Assembly: GCA_021153565.1 (NCBI GenBank)
Contig: JAJKJU010000176.1
Location: 1,128-65,127 of the forward strand
From: Rhizobacter sp.
GTDB taxonomy: Bacteria > Pseudomonadota > Gammaproteobacteria > Burkholderiales > Burkholderiaceae_C
DNA: 64,000 nt
Direction: 5' to 3'
Within the stretch, counting starts at the first letter, position 1; every line of letters begins with the position of its first letter. The translations under genes and the position numbers were made by a program. Of this stretch, positions 8,407 through 20,400 are shown one piece after another. The notes under the pieces are model-generated. The model worked only from the letters and a program-made list of their open reading frames with translations, searched no databases and was not told the DNA's origin.

Positions 8407-11400
8407 ATGAAAACGACGATCCAATCCCTGATTGCGCAATACAAGGCCGGCCACCTGAGCGGCGAGCAGGTCGCCCGGGCCCTGGCCGATCTGAAGGCCG
8501 GGCAGGCCGGGCGCCCGCTGTCGGCAGGCCAGCAGGGGCTCTGGATCCTGCAGAAGTCCTACCCCGGGATGACTGCCTACAACATCCCCGTGTGCGTGCG
8601 GGTGGCGCAGCTGGATGCGCAGGTGCTGCGCGACGCCATGGGCTGGGTCGTGCGCCGGCATCCGATCCTGTCCACCCGCATCCGCCAGCAGTCCGACGGC
8701 AGGCTGCTGCAATGGGAGGAGCCCGAGCAGCCGGTCCCGTTCCACGTTCATGACCTCTCGCGCGCCACCGAGGCGGAAGTGATCGCGGCGCTGCGCGCGC
8801 AGGCGCGGCAGGTCTTCGCCGTGGAAGACGCTCCGCTGGCGGCGGTGCACGTCTTCGCGCTGGCCGGCGGCGAGGCCATCGTGCTGCTGCTCGTGCACCA
8901 CCTGGTCTTCGACGGTGCCTCGGGGCCGATCGTGCTCGATGCGCTGTTCTCCGCCTGCGAAACCCTGCGTGACGGCGGCGTGCCGGCGCTGCCGGTGGCA
9001 GCCGCCGGCTTCCATGACTTCGTGCGGGACGAGCAGCGCCGGCTCGCCGAAGGGCAGGCTGCGCTGGCGTATTGGCAGGCCAGGCTGGCCGGGCCGCTGC
9101 CCGTGCTGCAACTGGCCCGCCAGTCGGCGCCGGTGCGCGACGCGTTTGCCGGTGCCACCCACATGCAGCTGCTTGCCCAGCCGGCCGTCGACCGCATCGT
9201 GGCCATGGCCGAGTCGCAGGGGAGCTTCCTGTCGTCGCTGCTGCTGGCGGCCTACAAGGTGCTGCTGGCCGCGCGCAGCGGCCAGCGCGACCTGGTGGTC
9301 GGCATGCCGGTCAACGAGCGTCGCAGCCCGGCGCTGCAGCACGCGGTCGGCTTCCTCGTGAACATGGTGCCGATCCGCAGCGTGTTGAACGAGGAACTCG
9401 CCTTCGGGCACTTCCTGGCGCAGGTGCAGAAGGACATGATCGACGCGATGGCGCACAGCCATCCGTTCGGCGCGCTGGTGCGTGCGCTGGGATCGTCGCC
9501 GTCGGCCGCACGCTCGCCGGTGTTCCAGACGGCCTTCATGTTCCAGGACGTGCTTCAAGGCATCGACGACCGTCCCTATGAACTGGTCGGCGAGCTGCAC
9601 CAGGAGGGCGAGTACGAGCTGTCGCTGGAGCTGATCCGGCGCCGCCAGGGCCTGGTGCTGAACTGGAAGTACCACCCCGAGCTGTACAGCGCGGAGGACG
9701 TCGCGGCTCTGGCCGCGGCCTACGAGCGTGTGCTCGAGGCGGTGGCCGGCGATGCCGGCCGGCCCTTGCGCGAGTTGTTCGCGCTGACCGGAGAGCGCGG
9801 CGCGCCGCAGGCGCCGGCGCACTGGGTGCACGAGCAGGTCGAGGCCCAGGCGCAAAGCGCTCCGGACCGCGTGGCCGTCTCCTTCGGCGACCAGGCGCTC
9901 AGCTACCGCGAACTCAGCGAACGCAGCACGCGGCTGGCATCGCAGCTGCGCGCGCAGGGCGTGAAGAAGAACGACCTGGTGGCCGTGCTCGCGGAGCGCT
10001 CGCTCGACATGGTGGTGGGCTTGCTCGCGGTGCTCAAGGCCGGCGCGGCCTATGTGCCGCTGGATCCTGCCCATCCGGCGGACCGGCTCGCGTACGTGGT
10101 GCAGGACAGCGGCGCGCGCGTCGTGCTGGCGCAGGCGGCCTTGCACGAACAGGCGCAGTCGCTGCTGGTCGATGCGCCAGGAGCGGCCTCGGTGATGCTG
10201 ATCGACGGCCCGGTGGCCGCGCCGCAGTCCCCGCAGTCCCCGCAGTCCCCGCAGGAGCCCGTGGTGCTCGACGGGGAAGACCTCGCCTATGTGATCTACA
10301 CCTCCGGCAGCACGGGCCGGCCCAAGGGCGTGATGGTCCCGCACCGGGCCCTGGCCAACTTCCTGACGTCGATGATGCGCCGGCCCGGGCTCGGCGCGAA
10401 CGACGTGCTGCTCGCGGTGACGACCATCAGCTTCGACATCGCCGGCCTGGAGCTGTGGCTGCCGCTGGTTCAAGGCGCGCGCTGTCACGTGGCCGACGCC
10501 GCCACGGTGCGCGACGCCAGCCAGCTGATGCGCTGCATTCAACAGGTGAGGCCGACGGTGATGCAGGCGACGCCGGCCCTGTGGACGATGCTGTTCCTGG
10601 CCGGCTGGCGCAATGCCGAAGGCGTGCGCGCCCTGTGCGGCGGGGAGGCGATGCCGGCATCGCTGAAGCAGCGCTTCGTCGAGACGAATACGCAGGCCTG
10701 GAACATGTACGGCCCCACCGAGACGACCATCTGGTCGACGGTCGCGCAGGTCCACGCGGACCGGCCGGTGTGCCTCGGCGAGCCGATCGGCGAGACCGTG
10801 CTGCACGTGCTGGACGACCAGCTCCGTCCGGTGGCCGAGGGCGGCGAGGGCGAGCTGTGCATTGCCGGTGCGGGCGTGGCGCGGGGCTACTGGAACCGCC
10901 CGGAGCTCACCGCGCAGAAGTTCATCGAGCACCCGTTGGTGCCGGGCGGCCGCCTGTACCGCACCGGCGACCTCGTGCGCCTGGGCCCGGGCGGTTCGCT
11001 GGAGTACCTCGGCCGCATGGATTTCCAGGTCAAGATCCGCGGCCACCGCGTCGAGCTGGGCGAGGTGGAACACCCGCTACTGCAACGCGCGGAGGTGCAG
11101 GAATGCGTGGCCGTGGCGCGCGGCGCCGACGGCGAGCGGCAGCTGGTGGCGTACTGCGTGCCGCGTGCAGGGGCGGTGCCGGCCTTCCAGCCGGCGGCGC
11201 TGAGGGCCTGGCTGCGCGAACGCCTGCCGCACTACATGGTCCCTGACCTCGTCGTCGCGATCGACCGCATCCCGCTGACGGCCAACGGCAAGGTGGACCG
11301 GCAGGCGCTGATGCAACGGCCGGTGGCGCTGGGCGCCGCACCGATGGCCACACCGCCGGCCGGCCGGCAGGCGCTCGAGGCGCGTCTGCTCGAGCTGTGG

Positions 11401-14400
11401 TGCGAGGTGCTGCACGTCGACGGTGTCGAGCTCGACGACCCCTTCTTCGACGCCGGCGGCAACTCGATGAACGCCGTCGTGCTGGCCGATCGCATCACGG
11501 CTGCCTTCGGCGTGCCCTTCACCGCGGGCGAGCTGTTCAAGCACCCCACGGTGAGCGCCCTCGCTGCCTGGCTGCAGCAGGCGCTGCCGGCCTATGCCGG
11601 CCTGCTTGCAGCCGTGTGCGCTGCTGCGCCCGCAGCCGGGCCTGCCCACGACGAGGACAGCGTCGCCGTCATCGGCATCTCGTGCCAGTTCCCGGGGGCG
11701 CCGGACCTGCGGGCCTTCTGGCGCAGCCTCTGCGAGGGCCGGCAGGCCACGAGGTTCCTCGACGAGGCGCAGTTGCGCGAGGCGCAGGTGCCCGAGCGCC
11801 TCATCGGCCGCCCCGGCTATGTGCCGATGCAGCTGGGCCTGGCCGACAAGGACTGCTTCGACGCCGAGTTCTTCAAGCTCTCGCCGAACCACGTCGAGAT
11901 GATGGACCCGCAGTTCCGGCAGGTGCTGCAGCAGGCGTGGAAGGCGGTGGAAGACGCCGGCCTCGACCATCGCGACATTCCGCGCACGGCGGTGTACGTG
12001 TCGGTGGGCAACCACGGCTACCGCACCGAAGGCGACGCCTCGCCGGTCATCGAGGACTCGCAGCAGTACCTGGCCTGGGTGCTGAACCAGAGCGGCAGCG
12101 TGGCCGCGATGATTTCCTACCAGCTGGGCCTGGAAGGCCCGAGCCTTTCGGTCCATTCCAACTGCTCATCCTCGCTGAGCGCGCTGGACCTCGCCTTCAA
12201 GTCCGTGCGCTCCGGCGCGACCGACTTCGCGCTGGTGGCGGCCGCCTCGGCACGCAGCGCGGAGCGCTTCGGCTACGTGCACCAGCCGGGGTTGAACTTC
12301 TCCAGCGACGGCCGGGTGAAGACCTTCGATGTTGCTGCCGACGGCATGGTGGGCGGGGAGGGCGTGGCGGCGCTGCTGCTGTGCCGCACCGGCGAAGCGA
12401 TGCGCCGGCGCTCCCACGTCTACGGCCTGCTGCGCGGCATCGCCAGCACCAGCGATGGCGGCCAGTCGCCGGGCTTTTTCAGCCCGAGCATGCAAGGGCA
12501 GGGCCGGGCCATTCGCCAGGTGTTGCAGGAGACGGGAATCGATCCGTCGACCATCGGCTACGTGGAGGCGCACGGCACGGGCACCAAGCTGGGCGACCCG
12601 GTGGAGGTCGGCGCACTGACCGAGGCCTATCGCGAGCACACCGTCGCGCAGCAGTTCTGCGGCATCGGATCGGTCAAGCCCAACATCGGCCACCTCGACA
12701 CCGCGGCCGGCCTGGCCGGATGCATCAAGGTGCTGCTGAGCCTTCACCATCGCCAGCTGCCGCCGTCGATCAACTTCAGCCAGCCCAACCCCCGCCTCGC
12801 GTTGCAGGAGTCGCCGTTCTATGTGACCACGACGCTGGCGCCCTGGACCGCCGGCGACACGCCACGGCGCGCCGCCCTGAACTCGATCGGCATCGGCGGC
12901 AGCAACACGCACGCTATCTTCGAGGAATTCGTGGCATCGGCGGCGGCCAACCCGGTACCGCGCCGAACGCACCTGGTGCCGCTGTCGGCACGACGCCGGC
13001 CCAACCTGCTGCAGTACGCGGGCGACCTGCTGGAGCGGCTCGCGCCGGCCGACGGCGCTGCCGATGCGCCGCGCATCGAGGACATTGCCTTCACCTTGCA
13101 GCGGGGCCGGGTTGCGATGCCGTCACGCGTGGCCTTCGTGGTCGACGACGTGGCGCAGCTGGCGCTGGAGCTGGCCGCTTTCGTCGACGGCCGGGCGTCT
13201 GAGCACCGCTTCGAGGGTGAAGCGTTGTCGCGGGCGGGCAGCGCCGGTCAGGAGGGCGACGTGCCGGCCGCCGCGGACCTCTTGCAGTTGGCCCAGGGTT
13301 GGGTCGCCGGCGAGCCGCTCAGCTGGCCGGCCTTGCACGACACCACGGCTCGGCGGGTCAGCCTGCCGACCTATCCTTTCAGCCGCACCCGTCATCCCTG
13401 GGCCGGGCACCCTCGGCCGGAGGCCACCGGTGCCGCGGCACCGGTCGCGGGCGGCCATCCCTTGATGCAGGGGACGTGCGTGGGCGATGCGCCCTGGCGG
13501 TTCCATGCCCGCTTGTCCGGCGAGGAATTCGTCGTCCGGGACCACGTGGTGCTTGGACGCCGCCTGCTGCCGGCAGTCGGTGCGCTGGAGATGGCCTTCG
13601 AGGCGCTGCGGCGCTCGATGCCGCAGCCGGCCGGCCCCGGCCACCGACTGGTGCTCAAGCACCTGAGCTGGCTTCGTCCGGTGGCCTTCGACGGTGCCGA
13701 GGGCCTGGCGTTGGAACTGTCGGTGCAATGGGAAGCTGCGTCGGGCCACGCACCTGCGTCGGCGACGTTCGAGTTGCGCGGGCAGGGTGCACAGCCGGTC
13801 GTTCACATGCAGGGGCGCGCGCAGTTGCACCCCGCCACGTCGGCCCCGCGGGTGGACCTGGCGGCACTGCGCTCGCGCATGTCGCCGCAAGCCGTCGACG
13901 GCCAGGCCTGCTATGCCCACATCCGCCGTGTCGGCATCGACTACGGCACCGGCTTCCGGGTGATCGACAAGCTCCACCGCAGCGGACCGTCTGCGCCGCG
14001 CGAAGTACTCGCCGAGCTGCGGCTGCCCCAGGCGCTGGCGGCGACGATGGACGAGTACACGCTGCATCCCAGCTTGATGGATGCGGCCATCCACGCGTCG
14101 GTGGGCCTGGAAGACGCGCTGCTGGCCGCCGTGGCTGGTGATGCCGTGCCGGTGGAACCGGCCGGCGCGGCAGCGCGCACTGCGGTGCCGTTCGCGCTGG
14201 ACAGCTTCGAGTACTTCGCGCCTTTCCAGCCCCGCATGCAGGCCTGGGTGCGCAGCGACGCGATGCATCCCGACGAGCAGGATGCCCGCGTGCTCGACAT
14301 CGACCTGCTGGACATGCAGGGGCGCACTTGTGCGCGGCTGCGCGGCCTGGCCTTCCGTCCGCTGGGCGCGCCCGCGGATGGCGTGGCGCCGCGGGCCTCG

Positions 14401-17400
14401 GTGTTCAACGCTTTGCAGCCGGCATGGCTACCGCTCCCGGCATCCCCCGCCGGCGCGCTGGCGGTGGACCACGATTCGGCCACCGCCTGGCTCGACCTCC
14501 CGCCCGCCTGGGCCGGCGAGCTGCGCGCCCACCCGGCCGCGAGCGTGGCGCTGCCTGCCAACATCAGCGAAGACGAGATCCGCGACCACTTGGCACGACT
14601 GCCGGCGATCGACCACCTGGTGTGGTTCGCGCCGCCGGCCGGCCTGGGGGTGGCCGGCGACCTGCAGGCCATGCGGGCTGCGCAGGCGCATGGCCTGCGC
14701 CGGCTTTTCCGCATCGTCAAGGCGGTGCTGGCCCTGGGCCATGGCAAGCGTGGGCTCACGTGGACGGTCATCACCTTCGGCACCCAGGCGGTGAACCAGC
14801 GCGACGCGGTGGATCCCACCCATGCCGGCGTGCACGGCCTCATGGGCAGCCTGGCCAAGGAGTACGGCCAGTGGCGCATCCGGCTGCTGGACCTGCCGGC
14901 GGACGCATCGCCGTCGCTCGCTCTGCCGGCCCTGCCGGATCGGCAGTCCCCGGTGGCGTCCGGCGAGACGCTGGCATTGCGCGATGGCCGCTGGCACCGG
15001 CAGCGCCTGCTGCCCGTGCAGGCGCTGCCAGAGGCCGCGGCGCTGCCGCAGTGCGGCAGCGTCCAGGTGGTGGTCGGCGGAGCCGGAGGCATCGGCGAGG
15101 TGTGGAGCCGGTTCATGGTGGAACGCCACCAGGCAGGCATCGTGTGGATCGGCCGGCGTGCTGCGGACGAGGCGATCGTTGCGAAGCTGCAGTCGCTGGC
15201 CGAGTTGGCACGCCGGCACGGTGCGCCCGAGCCGATGTACGTGCCGGCCGATGCGGCGGACCTGGCCTCGCTGCGCGAAGCACATCGCACGATTCGGCAG
15301 CGCCATGCGCGGGTCGACGGCGTGGTGCATTCGGCCATCGTGCTGGCCGACCGCAGCGTGGCCCACATGGACGAGCAGCGCCTGCAACTCGCCCTGGCCC
15401 CGAAGGTCGATGCCAGCATCCACCTCGCCGAAGTGTTCGCGGAGGAGCCGTTGCAGCAGGTGCTGTTCTTCTCCTCGCTCGAAGGCTTTGCGCGCTCGCC
15501 GGGCCAGGCCAACTACGCCGCCGGCTGCACCTTCAAGGATGCGTTCGCCCAGGCGCTGGCGCGGGTGCGCGGCGCCCGGGCCGCCGCCGCCGGGTTGCCG
15601 GCGCCGGCCGTCAAGACGGTCCACTGGGGCTACTGGGGCACCGCCGGCGTGGTCAGCGATGCCGCCTACCGGCAGCGCATGGCGTCGGCCGGCATCGATT
15701 CGCTCGATCCACGGCAGGCGATGGAGCAGCTCGAGCGCTTCGTCGCCAGCGGCTTCGGCCAGCTGGCATTCGTGCAGACCTTCGGCCATGAGCCGCTGCA
15801 GGCCTGGTGCGGCGACGAGCAGGTTCTCGTCGCACCGGCCGCGGGGCCGTCCGTGCTGCAGGCATGCCGGGCGGCGACCCCGCCCCGCCACGAGGCGGTG
15901 GCGCAACTGCTGCCCGCGCTGCCCCAGCCGCGGATGCTGGATCTGTCGCGCCGACTCCTGGCGGCGACCCTGCGGGACATCGCGGGCGACGGACGCTCGC
16001 TGCGCGTGCAGGGCGGCCTCCTGCCGAAGTACCAGCGGTGGTTCGACGAAAGCCGTGCCGAGTTGCAGCGCAGCGGCCTCATGCTCGGCGACGGCACTGG
16101 GTCGCCCGAGGCGTTCGCGCTGCGGACGGACGACCTCTGGACGCAATGGCACGCGGCGCGGCCGCAGTGGGTGCAACAGGAATTCCAGCGCGGCCAGGTC
16201 GACTTGCTGGAGCGCTGCCTCGCAGCGATGCCCGAGGTGCTGGCAGGTCGGCGCCCGGCCACCGACGTGCTGTTCCCCGGCGGTTCGACGTCCGCGGTGG
16301 AAGCAATGTACCGCCACCACCCGGTGGTGGACCACTTCAACCTGCAACTCGGCGACCTGGCGGCGCAGGCCGTCGCTGCCTGGCGGCAGCACGATCCGGC
16401 GCGCCGCGTGCGCATCCTGGAGGTGGGTGCGGGCACCGGCGCCTCCACGCGGCGCGTGCTGCAGGCGCTGAGGCCGCTGGCCGGCGCCATCGAGGAGTAC
16501 TGCTTCACCGATGTCTCCAAGGCCTTCCTCTTCGCCGCGCAGGAGCGGCTGGCCGCGGAGCATCCCTTCCTGCGCACCCGGCTGTTCGACGTGTCGCGGC
16601 CGGGGCAGCCGCAGGGCGTGGCGCCTTGCAGCTACGACATCGTGATCGCGACCAACGTGCTGCACGCCACGCCGGACGTCGCGCGCACGCTGCGCCACGT
16701 GAAGGCGACGATGCGGCGACAAGGCCTGCTGCTGCTCAACGAGATGAGCAGCAATGCGCTGTTGTCTCACCTGACCTTCGGGCTGCTCGACGGCTGGTGG
16801 GCCTGCGACGACACCGCGCTGCGGTTGCCCGGAGGTCCGCTGCTGGCACCCGCGCGCTGGATCGACCTGCTGGCCGACGCGGGCCTCGCGCCAGGCTGGC
16901 TGCCCCATCCGGAAGCCCATGCCCTGGGCCAGCAGGTCATCGTCGCGGAAAGCGATGGCATCGTCCGCCTGCCGCACGAGGGCATGCCGGCCGCAATGGC
17001 GCCCGCCGCGATGGCGCCGGCCGCTGAGGCCGGCACCGACGATGCCGCGCTGTTGCGCACCCGCACCCAGGCCCACCTGGGCGACATCGTGGCGCGCGCC
17101 CTCAAGCTCGAGCAGGTCGACCCGCAGCGCGACCTGGCCGAGTACGGGCTCGACTCCATCCTGGTCGCGAACCTGAACAACGCCCTGGCGCAGGACTTCG
17201 ACGATCTGCCGAGCACGCTGTTCTTCGAGATGAAAACGATCGATGCCCTGGTGGACTACTTCGTCGTCTGCAAGCGGCCGGCGCTGATGGAACGGTTCGG
17301 CCTGCACGAGCGTGGCGAAGCCGCTGCCGGGCAGGTCGCCGGGGCCCCGCTGCAGGACGCCCTCCATGCGCGCCTGAGGCGCGTGGTCTGCGAGGTGCTG

Positions 17401-20400
17401 AAGATGTCCGAGGCCGAGCTAGCGCCGGAGCGCAACCTGTTCGACTGCGGTCTGGACTCCATCCTGGTCACGCAACTCAACAACCGCCTCGCGGGACCCT
17501 TCGAAGGGCTGGGCAGCACCTTGTTCTTCGACTGCCCGACGATCGCGGCCGCCACCGAGCACCTGCTGCAGCACCGTGCGGCCGAGGTGGTGGCCTGGGT
17601 GGGCGCCACGGTGCCCGCAACGGCGGCTGCGTCCCCCGCGACCCTGCAACGGGCCGCCGCGGCGGCCGCCGGCGTCTGCGCGGCAGCGCAGCCGGCGAGG
17701 CCTGCCGCATCGGTGCGCTCGCGCGACGTCGCGATCGTCGGCCTGGCCGGGCACTTCCCCGGTGCGCAGGACGTGCAGCAGTTCTGGTCGCAGGTGCGCG
17801 ATGGCGTGGACTGCGTCAGCGCCTATCCCGCTGATCGCTGGTGGTGCCCGCCGCGCGCCGGCGAGCAGCGCTGGGGCGGTTTCCTGCGGGACGTGGCGTG
17901 CTTCGATGCCGCCTTCTTCGGCATCGACGACACGCTGGCCGCCTTGCTGGACCCGCAGGAGCGGCTGTTCATCGAGACCACCTACCACGCGATCGAGGAC
18001 GCCGGCTACACGCCCGCCACGCTGGCCGACAGCCGGCGCGTGGGCGTGTTCGTCGGCGTGATGAACGCCACCTACAGCCAGCGCGTTGCCTATTCCTCCA
18101 TCGCCAACCGCACCTCCTACCTGTTCGATTTCCAGGGGACGAGCCTGGCGGTCGACAGCGCCTGCTCCTCGTCGCTGACGGCCATCCACCTGGCGCTCGA
18201 GAGCCTTTACAGCGGCGACAACGACTGCGCGATTGCCGGAGGTGTGAACCTGATCCTGGACCTCGACCACTTCGACCTGCTGTCGGAGATGAAGCTGCTG
18301 TCAGCCGGCCGCGAGTGCCGCGCCTTCGGCGAGCGGGCCGACGGCTTCGTCGCCGCCGAAGGGGTCGGCTCGGTCGTGCTGCGGCCGCTGGACGACGCAC
18401 TGGCCCGCGGCGACCAGATCCATGGCGTCATCAAGGCCAGCGCCGTCAACGCCGGCGGACGCAGCAACCGCTATGGCGTGCCGAACCTGCATGCGCAGCG
18501 CGCGCTGGTGGAGCGGGCGCTGGACAAGGCCGGCATCGACCCGGCCACCATCGGCTACGTCGAGGCGCATGGCACGGCCACGCTGCTCGGCGACTCGATC
18601 GAGGTGTCGGCGCTCGGCCGGGCCTACGACCGCGCCGGCCGGCGGCCCCGCGGGTCCTGCCCAATCGGGTCGGTGAAGTCCAACATCGGGCACTGCGAGA
18701 GCGCCTCCGGGATGGCGGGCCTCATCAAGGTGCTCATGCAGATGAAGCACGGGCAGATCGCCCCCTCGCTGCATGCCGAGGAACTGAACAGCGGCATCGT
18801 CTTCGGGCAGACGCCGTTCTTCGTGAACCGCTCGCTCGCGCCATGGCCGGCGCAGGACGCGCAAGGCCGCGCGGTGCCGCGGCGCGCGGCGGTCTCCTGC
18901 TTCGGCGCCGGCGGTGCCAACGCCCACCTGCTCGTCGAGCAGCACGTCGCACCCGCCACCGGCCATGCCGAGGACCCGGCCGATGGCGCGTGGCATGCGG
19001 TGCCGCTGTCGGCTCGTCATCCCGAGCGGCTGCGCGAACTCGCGCGGCGCCTGCTCGCCTTGCTGCGCCAAGGCGGCCCGGTGCCCGCGCTGCGCGACGT
19101 GGCGTACACCTTGCAAGTGGGCCGCGAAGCCCTGCCGGTGCGTGCCGGCTGGCTGGTGCGCTCCATCGACGATCTGTGCGTCAAGCTCGCGGCCTTCATC
19201 GACGGCGACGCATCGGCGCCGGCCAGCGACCTGCGGCAGCTGTCGCGCTCCAGCGAGACGGAGCGCCGCTGGCATGCCGAGCAGGCCGCCTGCATCGAGC
19301 GGCACGACATGCCGGGCCTGCTCGCGCTGTGGCTCCAGGGCGCCGAGGCGTCCTGGCAGGCCATGGTGCTGGGCCCTCGGCCGCGCCGCGTCAGCCTGCC
19401 GGGCTATCCGTTCGAGAAGACGGTGCATTGGCACCAGCCGCCGCAAGGCGGCCCCGCCCGGACAGGCGCCGGTTCGCGCGCAGCAGCCGAGGGCCGGCAG
19501 CCGTCCCGCAGCTCGGCGCCGGCGGCTCCGCTGGAGCGCGTGCGCGCCTGGCTGGCGGGTGAACTCGGCCGCGGCCTGGGCATCGAGGCCGGGGAGATCG
19601 ATGCCGGGCGCGACTTCGTGCAGTCGGGCCTGTCGTCGCAGGCGCTCGTGCAGCTGGCCCGAGAGATTCGCCGGAAGCTGGAGCCGGACTTCGATGCGGC
19701 AACGCTGTTCGAGCACGCCACGCTGGACCGCCTGGCCTCGCATCTGGTGAACGAGCGCGGCGTGGACGCCGCCTCCCTCGACGTGGACGACACCTCGCCG
19801 GAGGCAGGCGTCGCCCCGGAGGTTGCGGGTCGCCATCCGCTGTCGCAAGGGCAGCAGGGCTTGTGGATGCTGCAGAAAACACATCCGGCCACCACCGCCT
19901 ACCACGTGCCCTTGTGCCTGAGGGCTCGGGATCTGGACACCGGCCTGTTCGCCGAGGCCTTCGCGTTCGCGCTGCGCCAGCATCCGGCGCTCGACGTGGT
20001 GGTCGCCATCGCGGAAGGCCGGTTGGTGCAGCAGGCCTGCGGGCAGGCCGCGGGAGTGCCGGAGCACGATGCCCGTGCGCTGGACGAGCCGCAGGTGCTG
20101 GAACGTATCCGGCGGGACGTGCTTCGTCCGTTCGACCTGGAGCGCGGCCCCCTGTGCCGCGCCGCGGTCTATCGCCTGGGTGACGGCAGCGCGCTGGTGC
20201 TGATCGAGGCCCACCACGTCGTCATCGACGGCGCGTCGCTCGCGGTGCTGGTTGGCACCCTGGAGCAGGCGTATGACGCCCTGGCCGCCAGACGGCAGCC
20301 GCAGGCGCGGCCGGAAGCCGCGAGCCACGCGGACTTCGTCGCCGAGGAGGCGCGGCTGTTGGCGTCCGGGGAAGGGCAGCGCCGGCTCGCGCACTGGCGC

